Shown: positions 9,601 through 16,095, numbered from the stretch's first letter. The stretch is DNA of 24,000 nucleotides from Aquitalea palustris (GCF_003693445.1 NZ_RFAR01000068.1:20354-44353); one strand, 5' to 3'. Notes: generated by a model not told the origin, from the sequence alone. Made by a program: numbers and translations.

Positions 9601-9883
9601 AGCGCCAGCTGAGTACCTCGGGCGTAAACGAGGACTTGCGCGGCAGCTCCGGCATCACTTGCTGCATCAGCCGCCAGGCAAAGGCTGCCGGCAATACGAA
9701 ATCGATATTGGCGGCTATGCCACACTGCTGCGCCAGATCCAGCGTCATCCAGCGCCCCATGCCCCGGCTCTGCACGATCACCGTTTCGGCAGCAAACGGG
9801 TTGGCCAGCGGCTGTGCCTGCAACATGGCGGCATACAGCTGACCCAATTGCTCCAGACGATTGGACTGATAGAGAAAAAGCAT
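6689..9883 (-). CDS. recC: RecC, exodeoxyribonuclease V gamma subunit
   Basis: The 1064-aa ORF begins MLFLYQSNRLEQLGQLYAAMLQ...ETVIVQSRGMGRWMTLDLA, the typical RecC N-terminus. Length is right and the stop is coupled to the recB start. Confidence 0.95.
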   Translation of the reverse strand: MLFLYQSNRLEQLGQLYAAMLQAQPLANPFAAETVIVQSRGMGRWMTLDLAQQCGIAANIDFVLPAAFAWRLMQQVMPELPRKSSFTPEVLSWRLLQLLPTLEGEVFAPLQRYAAGGETAAFELAGKVADIFDQYLVFRPDWIRAWERGERLDLGEDEAWQAALWQQLAAQDPGRHRVRMLDEFFAELRPEHLPERITLFGIASLAPMYLALIKRLAELTDVCLFTLNPCEAYWGDIVDTRRKLKLREKGDLFATEGHPLLASLGKQGRDFFELIAADAELDARPLFAEATDDSLLARLQRDILQLDMPGHDGQWLSPDDASIELHATHGAMRELEVLKDRLLAMLADDPTLSAADIAVLTPDINSYAPYIDAVFGQRDDAPNLPYAIADRRVEREEPLLAAIGNLLHLLDSRFTADQVLALLDSPALLQRFGLTAEDLPFIQDWVRASGIRWGRDAAHKAALGLPADPLFTWRWGLDRLLLGSILPPAMAGDDSGLFAGLLPQAGASGQLSEALARFASCYALLDELARDWATPATAAGWAERLLLATDRLFAVDEDGELALEVLRDALQELVDDAAMADFAQPFSLAVLRDWLQRKLTVASPLGFLSGGITFCAMVPMRSIPFRVLCLIGMNDGAYPRDERPVSFDLVARHPRRGDRSRRFDDRYLFLEAILSARQRLYLSYVGLSARNNESLPPSPLIAELQDCFKAMCGDVATAQLLLRHPLQPFSPRCYDGVEARLASFEPSFAQALAAPPSQPRPFATELPPLPGSSVVHVNDFIRFWKNPPRAWLAERLAIRLQGQQDALPVREPFSVDRDASRTLRSQLVERMLAGKPVAPVKQRLAGAGLLPPAALGQAWLGSESASAARLAYRLPAVLSEATLPPQPVNIQLHGLTLAGELGGLRAEGQIRLVIGKMNAAERLEWWLTHLLLCAMRPAGIACQSVLYDDSGHLRLDDEPDALALLSPWVVRWQQGQQQPLPFFGRTSWAYAEQLYKLDSAPQLALAKALDKWDPSFVGDFATAQCEEPVNRLVFRHLDPLADPLFAQLAETLLLPLLARLEGQA

Positions 9884-9976
9884 GGCGGGAACACGGCTAA
9901 AAGCAAGAATGTCAGTGTACCATCAGCCTCTGGCCGCCATCACGCGATGCCCAAGGCATAACACTCAGGAATCCGC

Positions 9977-10360
9977 ATGTATCCCTATCTGATCATCAAA
10001 CATGCCCACATGGGCCTGGCTTACCTCACCATTTTGCTGTTTGCCGTGCGCGGCGGGCTGATGCTGGCCGAGCAGCAGCGCATTCTGGCGCTCAAGCCCT
10101 TGCGCATCCTGCCGCATGTGATCGACACCCTGTTGCTGGCGCTGGGGGTGACCCTGGTGGTGATGGGCGGCTGGCCGGTGCTGCAAAGCCCGTGGCTACT
10201 GGCCAAGATCGGTGGTTTGCTGCTTTATGTGCTGCTGGGCACCATCGCTCTCAAGCGTGGCCGTACCAAGCAGATACGCAGCATCGCCCTGCTGGCCGCC
10301 CTGCTGGTGGTGGGCTATATCGTGCTGGTGGCCAAAACCAAGCTGGCGCTGCCCTTCTGA
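9977..10360 (+). CDS. SirB2/YchQ-family small inner-membrane protein
   Basis: The 127-aa ORF has four hydrophobic segments. It starts MYPYLIIKHAHMGLAYLTILLFAVRGGLML and contains LRILPHVIDTLLL, resembling the SirB2 (PF04247) family. An AGGA lies 6 nt upstream of the ATG. Confidence 0.7.
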   Translation: MYPYLIIKHAHMGLAYLTILLFAVRGGLMLAEQQRILALKPLRILPHVIDTLLLALGVTLVVMGGWPVLQSPWLLAKIGGLLLYVLLGTIALKRGRTKQIRSIALLAALLVVGYIVLVAKTKLALPF

Positions 10361-10368
10361 TCATGCAC

Positions 10369-10394
10369 AGCGCGCCGCTGCCCGTCGGCGCGCT
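10369..10394 (+). other. GC-rich hairpin just after the SirB2-like stop (9-bp stem, 8-nt loop, no U-tract)
   Basis: agcgcgccg (10369..10377) is the exact reverse complement of cggcgcgct (10386..10394). No T-run follows, so this is not a canonical intrinsic terminator. Confidence 0.3.
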
Positions 10395-10413
10395 TCCCCG
10401 CTCCCCACCCGGC

Positions 10414-10427
10414 TTGACCCAGAACAA
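10414..10427 (+). promoter_or_regulatory. Candidate FNR/ANR-type box upstream of ubiU
   Basis: TTGACccagAACAA matches 8 of 10 positions of the TTGAT-N4-ATCAA consensus. The centre lies about 67 bp upstream of the ubiU ATG. That is compatible with a class II (-41.5) arrangement if the TSS is near 10462, with a possible -10 tactgt at 10450..10455. Confidence 0.3.
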
Positions 10428-10487
10428 GTCCCGCGCCACATCGCTCTGCTACTGTCTGGCGGTTTCAATCGCTGACACCAAGCCATC

Positions 10488-11504
10488 ATGCCTGCCACAC
10501 GACCTCTGCCGGAGCTGGTTTGCCCGGCGGGCAGTCTGCCCGCCCTCAAGGCCGCCGTGGACAACGGTGCCGACACCGTCTACCTCGGCCTGAAAAACGA
10601 CACCAATGCCCGTAATTTCGCCGGGCTGAACTTTGACGACCGCACCGCGCGCGAGGGCATACGCTATGCCCATCAGCATGAGCGCAAGGTCCTGCTGGCC
10701 ATCAACACTTATGCCCAGGGCGGCGATATCAGCCGCTGGCATCGCGCCATCGACGAAGGGGCGGATCTGGGCGTGGACGCCATCATCCTGGCCGATATCG
10801 GCCTGATGGAATATGCCCGCCGCCGCTACCCCGAGCTACGCCTGCACATGTCGGTGCAAAGCTCGGCCACCAATTACGAAGCCATCAATCTGGCACAAGA
10901 GCTGTTCGATATCCGCCGCGCCGTGCTGCCACGGGTGCTGACGCTGGATCAGGTAAAACAGGTCATCGACCACACCCGGGTGGAAATCGAAGTGTTCGGT
11001 TTCGGCAGCCTGTGCGTAATGGTGGAGGGCCGCTGCCTGCTGTCCAGCTATGCCACCGGCGAATCACCCAATAGCCACGGAGTCTGTTCGCCGGCCAAAT
11101 TCGTACGCTGGGAACACGGCAGTCAGGCGCTGGGCGCCCGGCTCAATGGCATCCTGATCGACGAATACCAGCAAGGCGAGCCAGCCGGCTACCCCACGTT
11201 GTGCAAGGGGCGCTTCGAAGTGGAAGGCGATACCTATTACGCACTGGAAGAACCCACCAGCCTGAACGTAATGGCCATGCTGCCGCAAATCATCGATATC
11301 GGCGTGGCCGCCATCAAGGTGGAAGGCCGCCAGCGCAGCCCGGCCTATGTGGCACAAGTCACCCGCACCCTGCGCGAAGCACTGGATACCGCCGGACGCG
11401 AGCCGCAGCGCTTCTCGGTGAAACCGGGCTGGACCCAGGCATTGTCCAAGCTGGCGGAAGGCCAGCAGCAGACCCTGGGTGCCTATAACCGGCCATGGAA
11501 ATGA
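10488..11504 (+). CDS. ubiU: UbiU (YhbU), U32-family Fe-S protein for O2-independent ubiquinone hydroxylation
   Basis: The 338-aa ORF is nearly collinear with E. coli YhbU as I recall it: ELVCPAGSLPALKAAVDNGADTVYLGLKNDTNARNFAGLNF, GSLCVMVEGRCLLSSY, GVCSPAKFVRW, GYPTLCKGRF, IKVEGRQRSPAYV, TLGAYNRPW. All four Fe-S cysteines are present. Confidence 0.9.
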   Translation: MPATRPLPELVCPAGSLPALKAAVDNGADTVYLGLKNDTNARNFAGLNFDDRTAREGIRYAHQHERKVLLAINTYAQGGDISRWHRAIDEGADLGVDAIILADIGLMEYARRRYPELRLHMSVQSSATNYEAINLAQELFDIRRAVLPRVLTLDQVKQVIDHTRVEIEVFGFGSLCVMVEGRCLLSSYATGESPNSHGVCSPAKFVRWEHGSQALGARLNGILIDEYQQGEPAGYPTLCKGRFEVEGDTYYALEEPTSLNVMAMLPQIIDIGVAAIKVEGRQRSPAYVAQVTRTLREALDTAGREPQRFSVKPGWTQALSKLAEGQQQTLGAYNRPWK

Positions 11505-11559
11505 ATGAACGCGTGCCGGCAGGCTCGCACGCCATGCCGGCCCAACAAGCAGGGCTGAT

Positions 11560-12489
11560 ATGAATACATTGCAACTGACGCTGGGGCCGGTACTGTTTTA
11601 CTGGTCCCGCGACGATATCCTGCGGTTTTACAGCGAAGCTGCCGACTGGCCGCTGGAAACCATCTATCTGGGTGAAGCCGTCTGCTCGCGCCGCCAGCAG
11701 CTGCGCGGCCAGGACTGGATCGCCCTGGGCAAGGAACTGGCCGAAAGCGGCCGCCAGGTGGTGTTGTCCAGCCTGGCACTGATCGAGAGCGAGTCCGACC
11801 TGCGCCGCCTGCGCAAGCTGGTGGAAAACGGCGAGCTGCAACTGGAAGCCAACGACCTGGGCGCAGCGCGGCTGGCACAGCAGCAAGGACGACCCTTTGT
11901 CGCCGGTCATCACCTGAATATCTACAATGCCGATACCCTGGCCCTGCTGCAGTCGCTGGGGGCACGGCGCTGGATTCCGCCGGTGGAAATGGACCGCGAC
12001 ACGCTGGCCGCCGTGCTGCAGCAAGTCAGCAACAAAGGGCTGGATATCGAAACCGAGCTGTTCGCCTGGGGCCGCCTGCCACTGGCGCTGTCCGCCCGCT
12101 GCTTTACTGCACGCCACTACAATCTGTCCAAGGACGATTGCCAGTTCCGCTGCCTGGAGCATCCGGACGGGCTGCGGCTGAATACCCGCGAACAACAGGC
12201 CTTCCTCACCATCAACGGCATCCAGACCATGTCGGACGGCTGCCACTCCTTGCTGCCGCACCTGGCCGACATTGCCGCCATGGGCGTGCGGGCCGTGCGC
12301 ATCAGCCCGCAGTGGCAGCACACCGAGCGCGTGGTGGCGGGCTACCAGCAAGCCATCCAGGCGCTGAACAGCCCGCTGCACACCGACATCGATCTGGCAC
12401 CCTACGCCGACAGCCGCCTGGTGGATGGCTACTGGCGTGGCGAAGCCGGCATTGCCGCCATTGGAGAAGCCCATCATGCGCATTCCTGA
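11560..12489 (+). CDS. ubiV: UbiV (YhbV), U32-family partner of UbiU
   Basis: The 309-aa ORF reads LTLGPVLFYWSRDDILRFY...IYLGEAVCSRR...FVAGHHLNIYN...ARCFTARHYNLSKDDCQFRCLEHP...INGIQTMS. This is collinear with E. coli YhbV, including the conserved cysteines. Confidence 0.9.
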   Translation: MNTLQLTLGPVLFYWSRDDILRFYSEAADWPLETIYLGEAVCSRRQQLRGQDWIALGKELAESGRQVVLSSLALIESESDLRRLRKLVENGELQLEANDLGAARLAQQQGRPFVAGHHLNIYNADTLALLQSLGARRWIPPVEMDRDTLAAVLQQVSNKGLDIETELFAWGRLPLALSARCFTARHYNLSKDDCQFRCLEHPDGLRLNTREQQAFLTINGIQTMSDGCHSLLPHLADIAAMGVRAVRISPQWQHTERVVAGYQQAIQALNSPLHTDIDLAPYADSRLVDGYWRGEAGIAAIGEAHHAHS

Positions 12490-12910
12490 ACTCACCCTGC
12501 CTGCCAGCATGGCCAGCCTGCTGGGCCGGCTGCCGGCCACCCCGCCCTGCTGGGCCTTGGTGACCACGCTGAATCAACTGAAAAAGCGCGACATCCTGCC
12601 GGCCGACATGAGCTTGCTGGCCGGCCACAGCTTTGAAGTACACGTACAGGATGCCGGCCTGCGACTGGGCTTTTCTGCCGACGAAAAAAACTTCAAGGTG
12701 GCCAGCGTCGGCGATACGCCAGACCTGCGGCTGTCGGCCAATCTGGCGGACTTTGCCCGCATGATGCTGCGCGAGGAAGATCCGGACACCCTGTTTTTCA
12801 ATCGCAAGCTGATCATCGAAGGCGATACCGAGCTGGGCCTGATCGTGAAAAACCTGCTGGACAGCGTGGACTGGAGCAGCACCCCGCTGCAGCGTTTCAT
12901 GGCCGTATGA
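12476..12910 (+). CDS. ubiT: UbiT (YhbT), SCP2-domain ubiquinone-biosynthesis accessory protein
   Basis: Track ORF 12425..12910, with the start moved to M18 (MRIPELTLP). That ATG overlaps the ubiV end by 14 nt. The SCP2-type sequence is SFEVHVQDAGLRLGFSADEKNF...DLRLSANLADFARMMLREEDPDTLFFNRKLIIEGDTELGL, and the gene sits directly after ubiUV. Confidence 0.8.
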   Translation: MRIPELTLPASMASLLGRLPATPPCWALVTTLNQLKKRDILPADMSLLAGHSFEVHVQDAGLRLGFSADEKNFKVASVGDTPDLRLSANLADFARMMLREEDPDTLFFNRKLIIEGDTELGLIVKNLLDSVDWSSTPLQRFMAV

Positions 12911-12932
12911 AAGCGGCAGCAAGCTACCACGC

Positions 12933-12959
12933 AAAAAGCCCGGCATAGGCCGGGCTTTT
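12933..12959. terminator. Bidirectional rho-independent terminator shared by ubiT (+) and the LysR gene (-)
   Basis: aaaaa-gcccggc-atag-gccgggc-tttt. It has a perfect 7-bp GC stem and a 4-nt loop. The A-run on one side and T-run on the other give a U-tract on either strand. Confidence 0.8.
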
Positions 12960-12980
12960 GACTGTACTGCAAAGCGGAAT

Positions 12981-13946
12981 TCAGGAAACCAGCTGCGCCG
13001 CCGCCTTGCGCTTGGCCGACAAATCCAGGCCAGGCAAATCAGCCATTACATCCGGGTGATCGGCCAGCTTCTCAACCACGAAATCGACAAACACGCGGGT
13101 GCGCGGTGCGATATGGTCGCGATGCGGGAAGCAGATGTAAATGGAACGCTCCAGCGATACCACATCGGTCAGTACCGCTTCCAGCTCGCCATTGCGGATC
13201 AGGTGCACCACTTCATGCCCTGGCAGCTGTGCTACGCCCATACCCAGACGCGCCAGCTCGCATACCGCTTCCATCTCGTTCAGGGTATAGGTGCCGGTCA
13301 CTTCCAGCGGAATACGCTCGCCCTTGCGATCGAACTCCCACTTGTACAGGCGGCCCGAGGTGGGGAACTGGAAGTTGATGCAGTCGTGATTGCTCAATTC
13401 TTCAGTGGTCGCCGGGCGGCCATGCTTGTCCCAGTATTCGGGAGAAGCCACCACGTATTGCGGAATCTGTGCCAGATTACGCGCCACCATGCGGCTGTCC
13501 GGCATCATGCCGATGCGCACTCCCACATCGTAGCCGTCTTCGATCAGGTCGCTGAAATGGTCGTCCAGGCCAAAGAACACCCGGATCTTGGGGTAGCGTT
13601 CGCAGAATTCGCCCATGATGGGCAAAATGAAGCGGCGACCAAAAGAGTTGGGCATGCTGACGCGCAGATGGCCGGCCGGTTCATCCCGGCTGGCCTTCAG
13701 CTGGTTGATGGCCGAATCGAGATTGTTCACCGGTCCGCGACATTGCGCATAGAAACGGCGTCCATCCTCAGTCAGGGTCAGCTGGCGGGTAGTCCGGTTA
13801 AACAGGCGAACCTCCAGCTCCTGCTCCAGTCGCGCAATGCTTTGACTGATAGCCGCTGGCGATACCCCCAGTTTTCTTGCAGCATCCGAGAAACTGCCAT
13901 TCTCGGCGGTGGTCATGAAGACCATCAAGGCTTTTAAAGTATCCAT
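12981..13946 (-). CDS. LysR-family transcriptional regulator
   Basis: The 321-aa ORF has an N-terminal wHTH (MDTLKALMVFMTTAENGSFSDAARKLGVSPAAISQSIARLEQELEVRLFNRTTRQLTLTEDG). An LTTR-type substrate-binding domain of the usual length follows. Confidence 0.9.
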   Translation of the reverse strand: MDTLKALMVFMTTAENGSFSDAARKLGVSPAAISQSIARLEQELEVRLFNRTTRQLTLTEDGRRFYAQCRGPVNNLDSAINQLKASRDEPAGHLRVSMPNSFGRRFILPIMGEFCERYPKIRVFFGLDDHFSDLIEDGYDVGVRIGMMPDSRMVARNLAQIPQYVVASPEYWDKHGRPATTEELSNHDCINFQFPTSGRLYKWEFDRKGERIPLEVTGTYTLNEMEAVCELARLGMGVAQLPGHEVVHLIRNGELEAVLTDVVSLERSIYICFPHRDHIAPRTRVFVDFVVEKLADHPDVMADLPGLDLSAKRKAAAQLVS

Positions 13947-14028
13947 AGCTGAAACGTTCCCTGAGCGGCATTGAACTCATGCGACCGACTGCTGCACGGC
14001 ATTCCCCGCCCCGGCTGCATGATTTGCC

Positions 14029-14091
14029 AACTTCATTATTAAGTAGTTCTTCTTTAAAAAGCGTACACCATATCCAGTGAATAATGAAGTT
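14029..14091. repeat. Perfect 12-bp inverted repeat with a 39-bp spacer
   Basis: aacttcattatt (14029..14040) is the exact reverse complement of aataatgaagtt (14080..14091). It lies 83-145 bp upstream of the LysR start codon, inside the AT-rich gap. Confidence 0.7.
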
Positions 14092-14963
14092 TGACTTACG
14101 TTTCCGGCCTTAAATGCCAGTAATCTGTTTCAAAATTCACAATTTTCTGGAGTCTTTTGGCACAGATAAGCCAAATTCGCACTGATTTTAAAATACCGCC
14201 AACAACTTGCCATTGGCATTTAATATCAATCACGACAAACCATGCTCCACCATCAGCACAGCCACACGCCCGCCAGATGGCCTCTCACCGTCAGCCATGC
14301 CCTAGGCCAAGATCAGGCGGATGGCATGCGCTCACCAATCAATATTGTTCAAGACTGCAACAAAAGATAGTTCTAGCTTAAACAAAGCTGATCCACCGCA
14401 GTACTGCATTTGATGCCCCCGGGAGAAGAGCGACATCATTCTGCCGTACAGCTGGCAGGCCAATCCTGTGCAATATCAAACAGCATCACCACAGCGGCAT
14501 GTCCAAGGCACCGCGTGCGCCAAGTGCATGGCCATGATCTGGATCCGCGCCAGCAACATCCCTGCCCGCACCGCATACCCGGCTTTTTTGCTCTATTTGG
14601 CGCACTGCCCCTCCTGTCCCGGCGTACAGCTACACACCTTACCCTCAGCCGCAAACTGCCAACAAGCCAGCCACCGCATTTGCCACCGCCTGGATGGTGT
14701 TCTCAGGAAAAAGCATCCACCCTCCACGGAAAATTCCGCACAATCTTACTGAACATAGAGAAATTACTTATTCAGCATAGCGATCGCTCTACTTGGACCT
14801 TTACCTACTGGTTTCGCCTGCTGGCTGCTTAATAAACTCCAGACCAGCCAGCAAGCATCGCTAGTGGAGTCCGGCGCTCAAACAGCCACGCCTTCATGAT
14901 GAACGCTGGAACATTGCAAGCGGACCACCGTCTTGGCCACCCGACAATGAAGGTCACGTCATC

Positions 14964-15755
14964 ATGCACAGCAAGCTTCCCTTTGCTCATCCCGTACCGG
15001 GTAATTTGTCCCCGGCCAGTCAGAAGACACTGCTGGACTGGATTCATACCGTCGGCCAGATCGAGACCGAAAACGAACTCAAGCTCTATCTGGACCACCT
15101 GCAATCGCAATTGCCGACCAAGCACATGGTGATCACCCTGGGACGCATCAACCAGCACCAACAGCTGCACCGGGTGGAAAAAGTGGTGAATGTCAGCTTT
15201 CCGGAAGAATGGGTAGAGCACTACATGAGCCACAATTACATCAGCTGTGACCCGGTGCTGCGCTCGGTCATGGGGCAGGGCCCCATTCATTGGGCCGACA
15301 AATTTTCCCGAGCCAAAGGCCAACAGGAAAAACAGTTCATCCAGGAACTGACCTCCATCGGCATGGGTAACGGTATCAGCTTCAGTGCCCTGTCCGAACG
15401 GCAGAACCTGGTCTGCGTGCTGTCGGTTTCCGGCAGTGAAATCGGCAAGGACAGCCAGCTCACCGAAATGCTCAACAGCCTGCTGCTGCACCTGCGTCAG
15501 GCCGCTGGCCGGGTGGCCAATCTGGCACCCGCCGCCCCCGCCGCCATGCCGCTGTCGCAGCGCGAATTCGATATTTTCCACTGGATGAGCCATGGCAAGA
15601 CCAACTGGGAAATTGCCACCATTCTGGGTATCAGTGAACGGACGGTGAAATTCCACGTTGCCAACATCATTCGCAAGCTGAATGCCAACAACCGCACCCA
15701 CGCCATCGTCATCGGCCTGCAACTGGGGCTGACCACGGTCGCCGGCACGATGTAG
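14964..15755 (+). CDS. LuxR-family regulator with an autoinducer-binding-type N-domain and a GerE/LuxR HTH (LuxR solo within this window)
   Basis: 263-aa ORF. The ligand-pocket pattern FPEEWVEHYMSHNYISCDPVLRSVMGQGPIHW (W83, Y87, D96, P97, W110) and GMGNG follow the spacing of TraR W57/Y61/D70/P71/W85/G113. The C-terminus (LSQREFDIFHWMSHGKTNWEIATILGISERTVKFHVANIIRKL) is a LuxR-type HTH. A GAAGG lies 10 nt upstream of the ATG. Confidence 0.85.
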   Translation: MHSKLPFAHPVPGNLSPASQKTLLDWIHTVGQIETENELKLYLDHLQSQLPTKHMVITLGRINQHQQLHRVEKVVNVSFPEEWVEHYMSHNYISCDPVLRSVMGQGPIHWADKFSRAKGQQEKQFIQELTSIGMGNGISFSALSERQNLVCVLSVSGSEIGKDSQLTEMLNSLLLHLRQAAGRVANLAPAAPAAMPLSQREFDIFHWMSHGKTNWEIATILGISERTVKFHVANIIRKLNANNRTHAIVIGLQLGLTTVAGTM

Positions 15756-15928
15756 CCGGCGGCAAGATAGCAGAGCAGGCACTACAGCCAGTAACGGCAC
15801 AAACAGCTTGCCGCTACAATCGTCGCTCCAATGGCAACAGCGCCGTATCCGTGCGGCGCGGCGCTGCCAGCGGAGTTTCAATCTGCAAGTCTCTTCTTGA
15901 TTGACCCATGCACTCACCTGAAACATTC

Positions 15929-15955
15929 GGCCCCGGCTTCACGGGGCCTTTTTTT
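15929..15955 (+). terminator. Rho-independent terminator downstream of the LuxR gene
   Basis: ggccccg-gcttca-cggggcc followed by ttttttt. It has a perfect 7-bp stem, a 6-nt loop and seven T residues. It lies about 175 nt after the luxR-type stop codon. Confidence 0.85.
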
Positions 15956-16032
15956 GGCTGTGCGGCATGGGCGGTCACCGTCCGTGCTACCGCTATTCCG
16001 TGCGCCATCACCCGACTCTTCCAGCCAAAACC

Positions 16033-16061
16033 CTGTCACAAGGCGGGGCGATTTGTTACAG
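16033..16061 (+). promoter_or_regulatory. Candidate operator dyad upstream of the aldehyde dehydrogenase gene
   Basis: CTGTCACAA-N11-TTGTTACAG. The arms are complementary at 8 of 9 positions. The site is 35-63 bp upstream of the ATG at 16096. Confidence 0.3.
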
Positions 16062-16095
16062 TCGCTGCTCCTGCTGATTCCTTTGCCTACCGGCC

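Noticed and set aside
14158-14172. A sigma-54-like element, TGGCACagataaGCc.
   Set aside because: The GG-to-GC spacing is one base short of the TGGCAC-N5-TTGC consensus, and the -12 element (AGCC) is poor. No EBP gene is adjacent.
14208-14218. The 11-bp palindrome TGCCATTGGCA occurs in two intergenic places (14208..14218 and 3100..3110). The GCCATTGGC core recurs at 745..753, 788..796 and 22170..22178.
   Set aside because: The core corresponds to common codon strings in this genome (Ala-Ile-Gly, or Ala-Asn-Gly on the other strand), which explains the coding copies. Two short intergenic matches with non-conserved flanks are too weak to call a motif without genome-wide counts.
14441-14483. Two CTG-N12-CAG dyads (CTGCCGTACAGCTGGCAG at 14441..14458 and CTGTGCAATATCAAACAG at 14466..14483) that resemble lux/las-type boxes.
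   Set aside because: Canonical lux-type boxes are CTG-N10-CAG, and here the spacing is N12. The complementary arms are only 5 bp and 3 bp, and the two sites do not resemble each other. CTG and CAG are very frequent in this DNA.
14157-14832. Track ORFs inside the LysR/LuxR gap (14157..14381, 74 aa, TTG start; 14410..14832, 140 aa; 14468..14752; 14436..14654 on the minus strand). I also translated several shorter ATG ORFs by hand, for example a 42-aa ORF from 14242 (MLHHQHSHTP...) and a 25-aa minus-strand ORF (MQYCGGSALFKLELSFVAVLNNIDW).
   Set aside because: None has a convincing Shine-Dalgarno plus ATG combination, the GC3 bias of real genes here, or a recognisable motif. I cannot support any of them as a CDS from sequence alone. 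They are covered by the finding on the gap.
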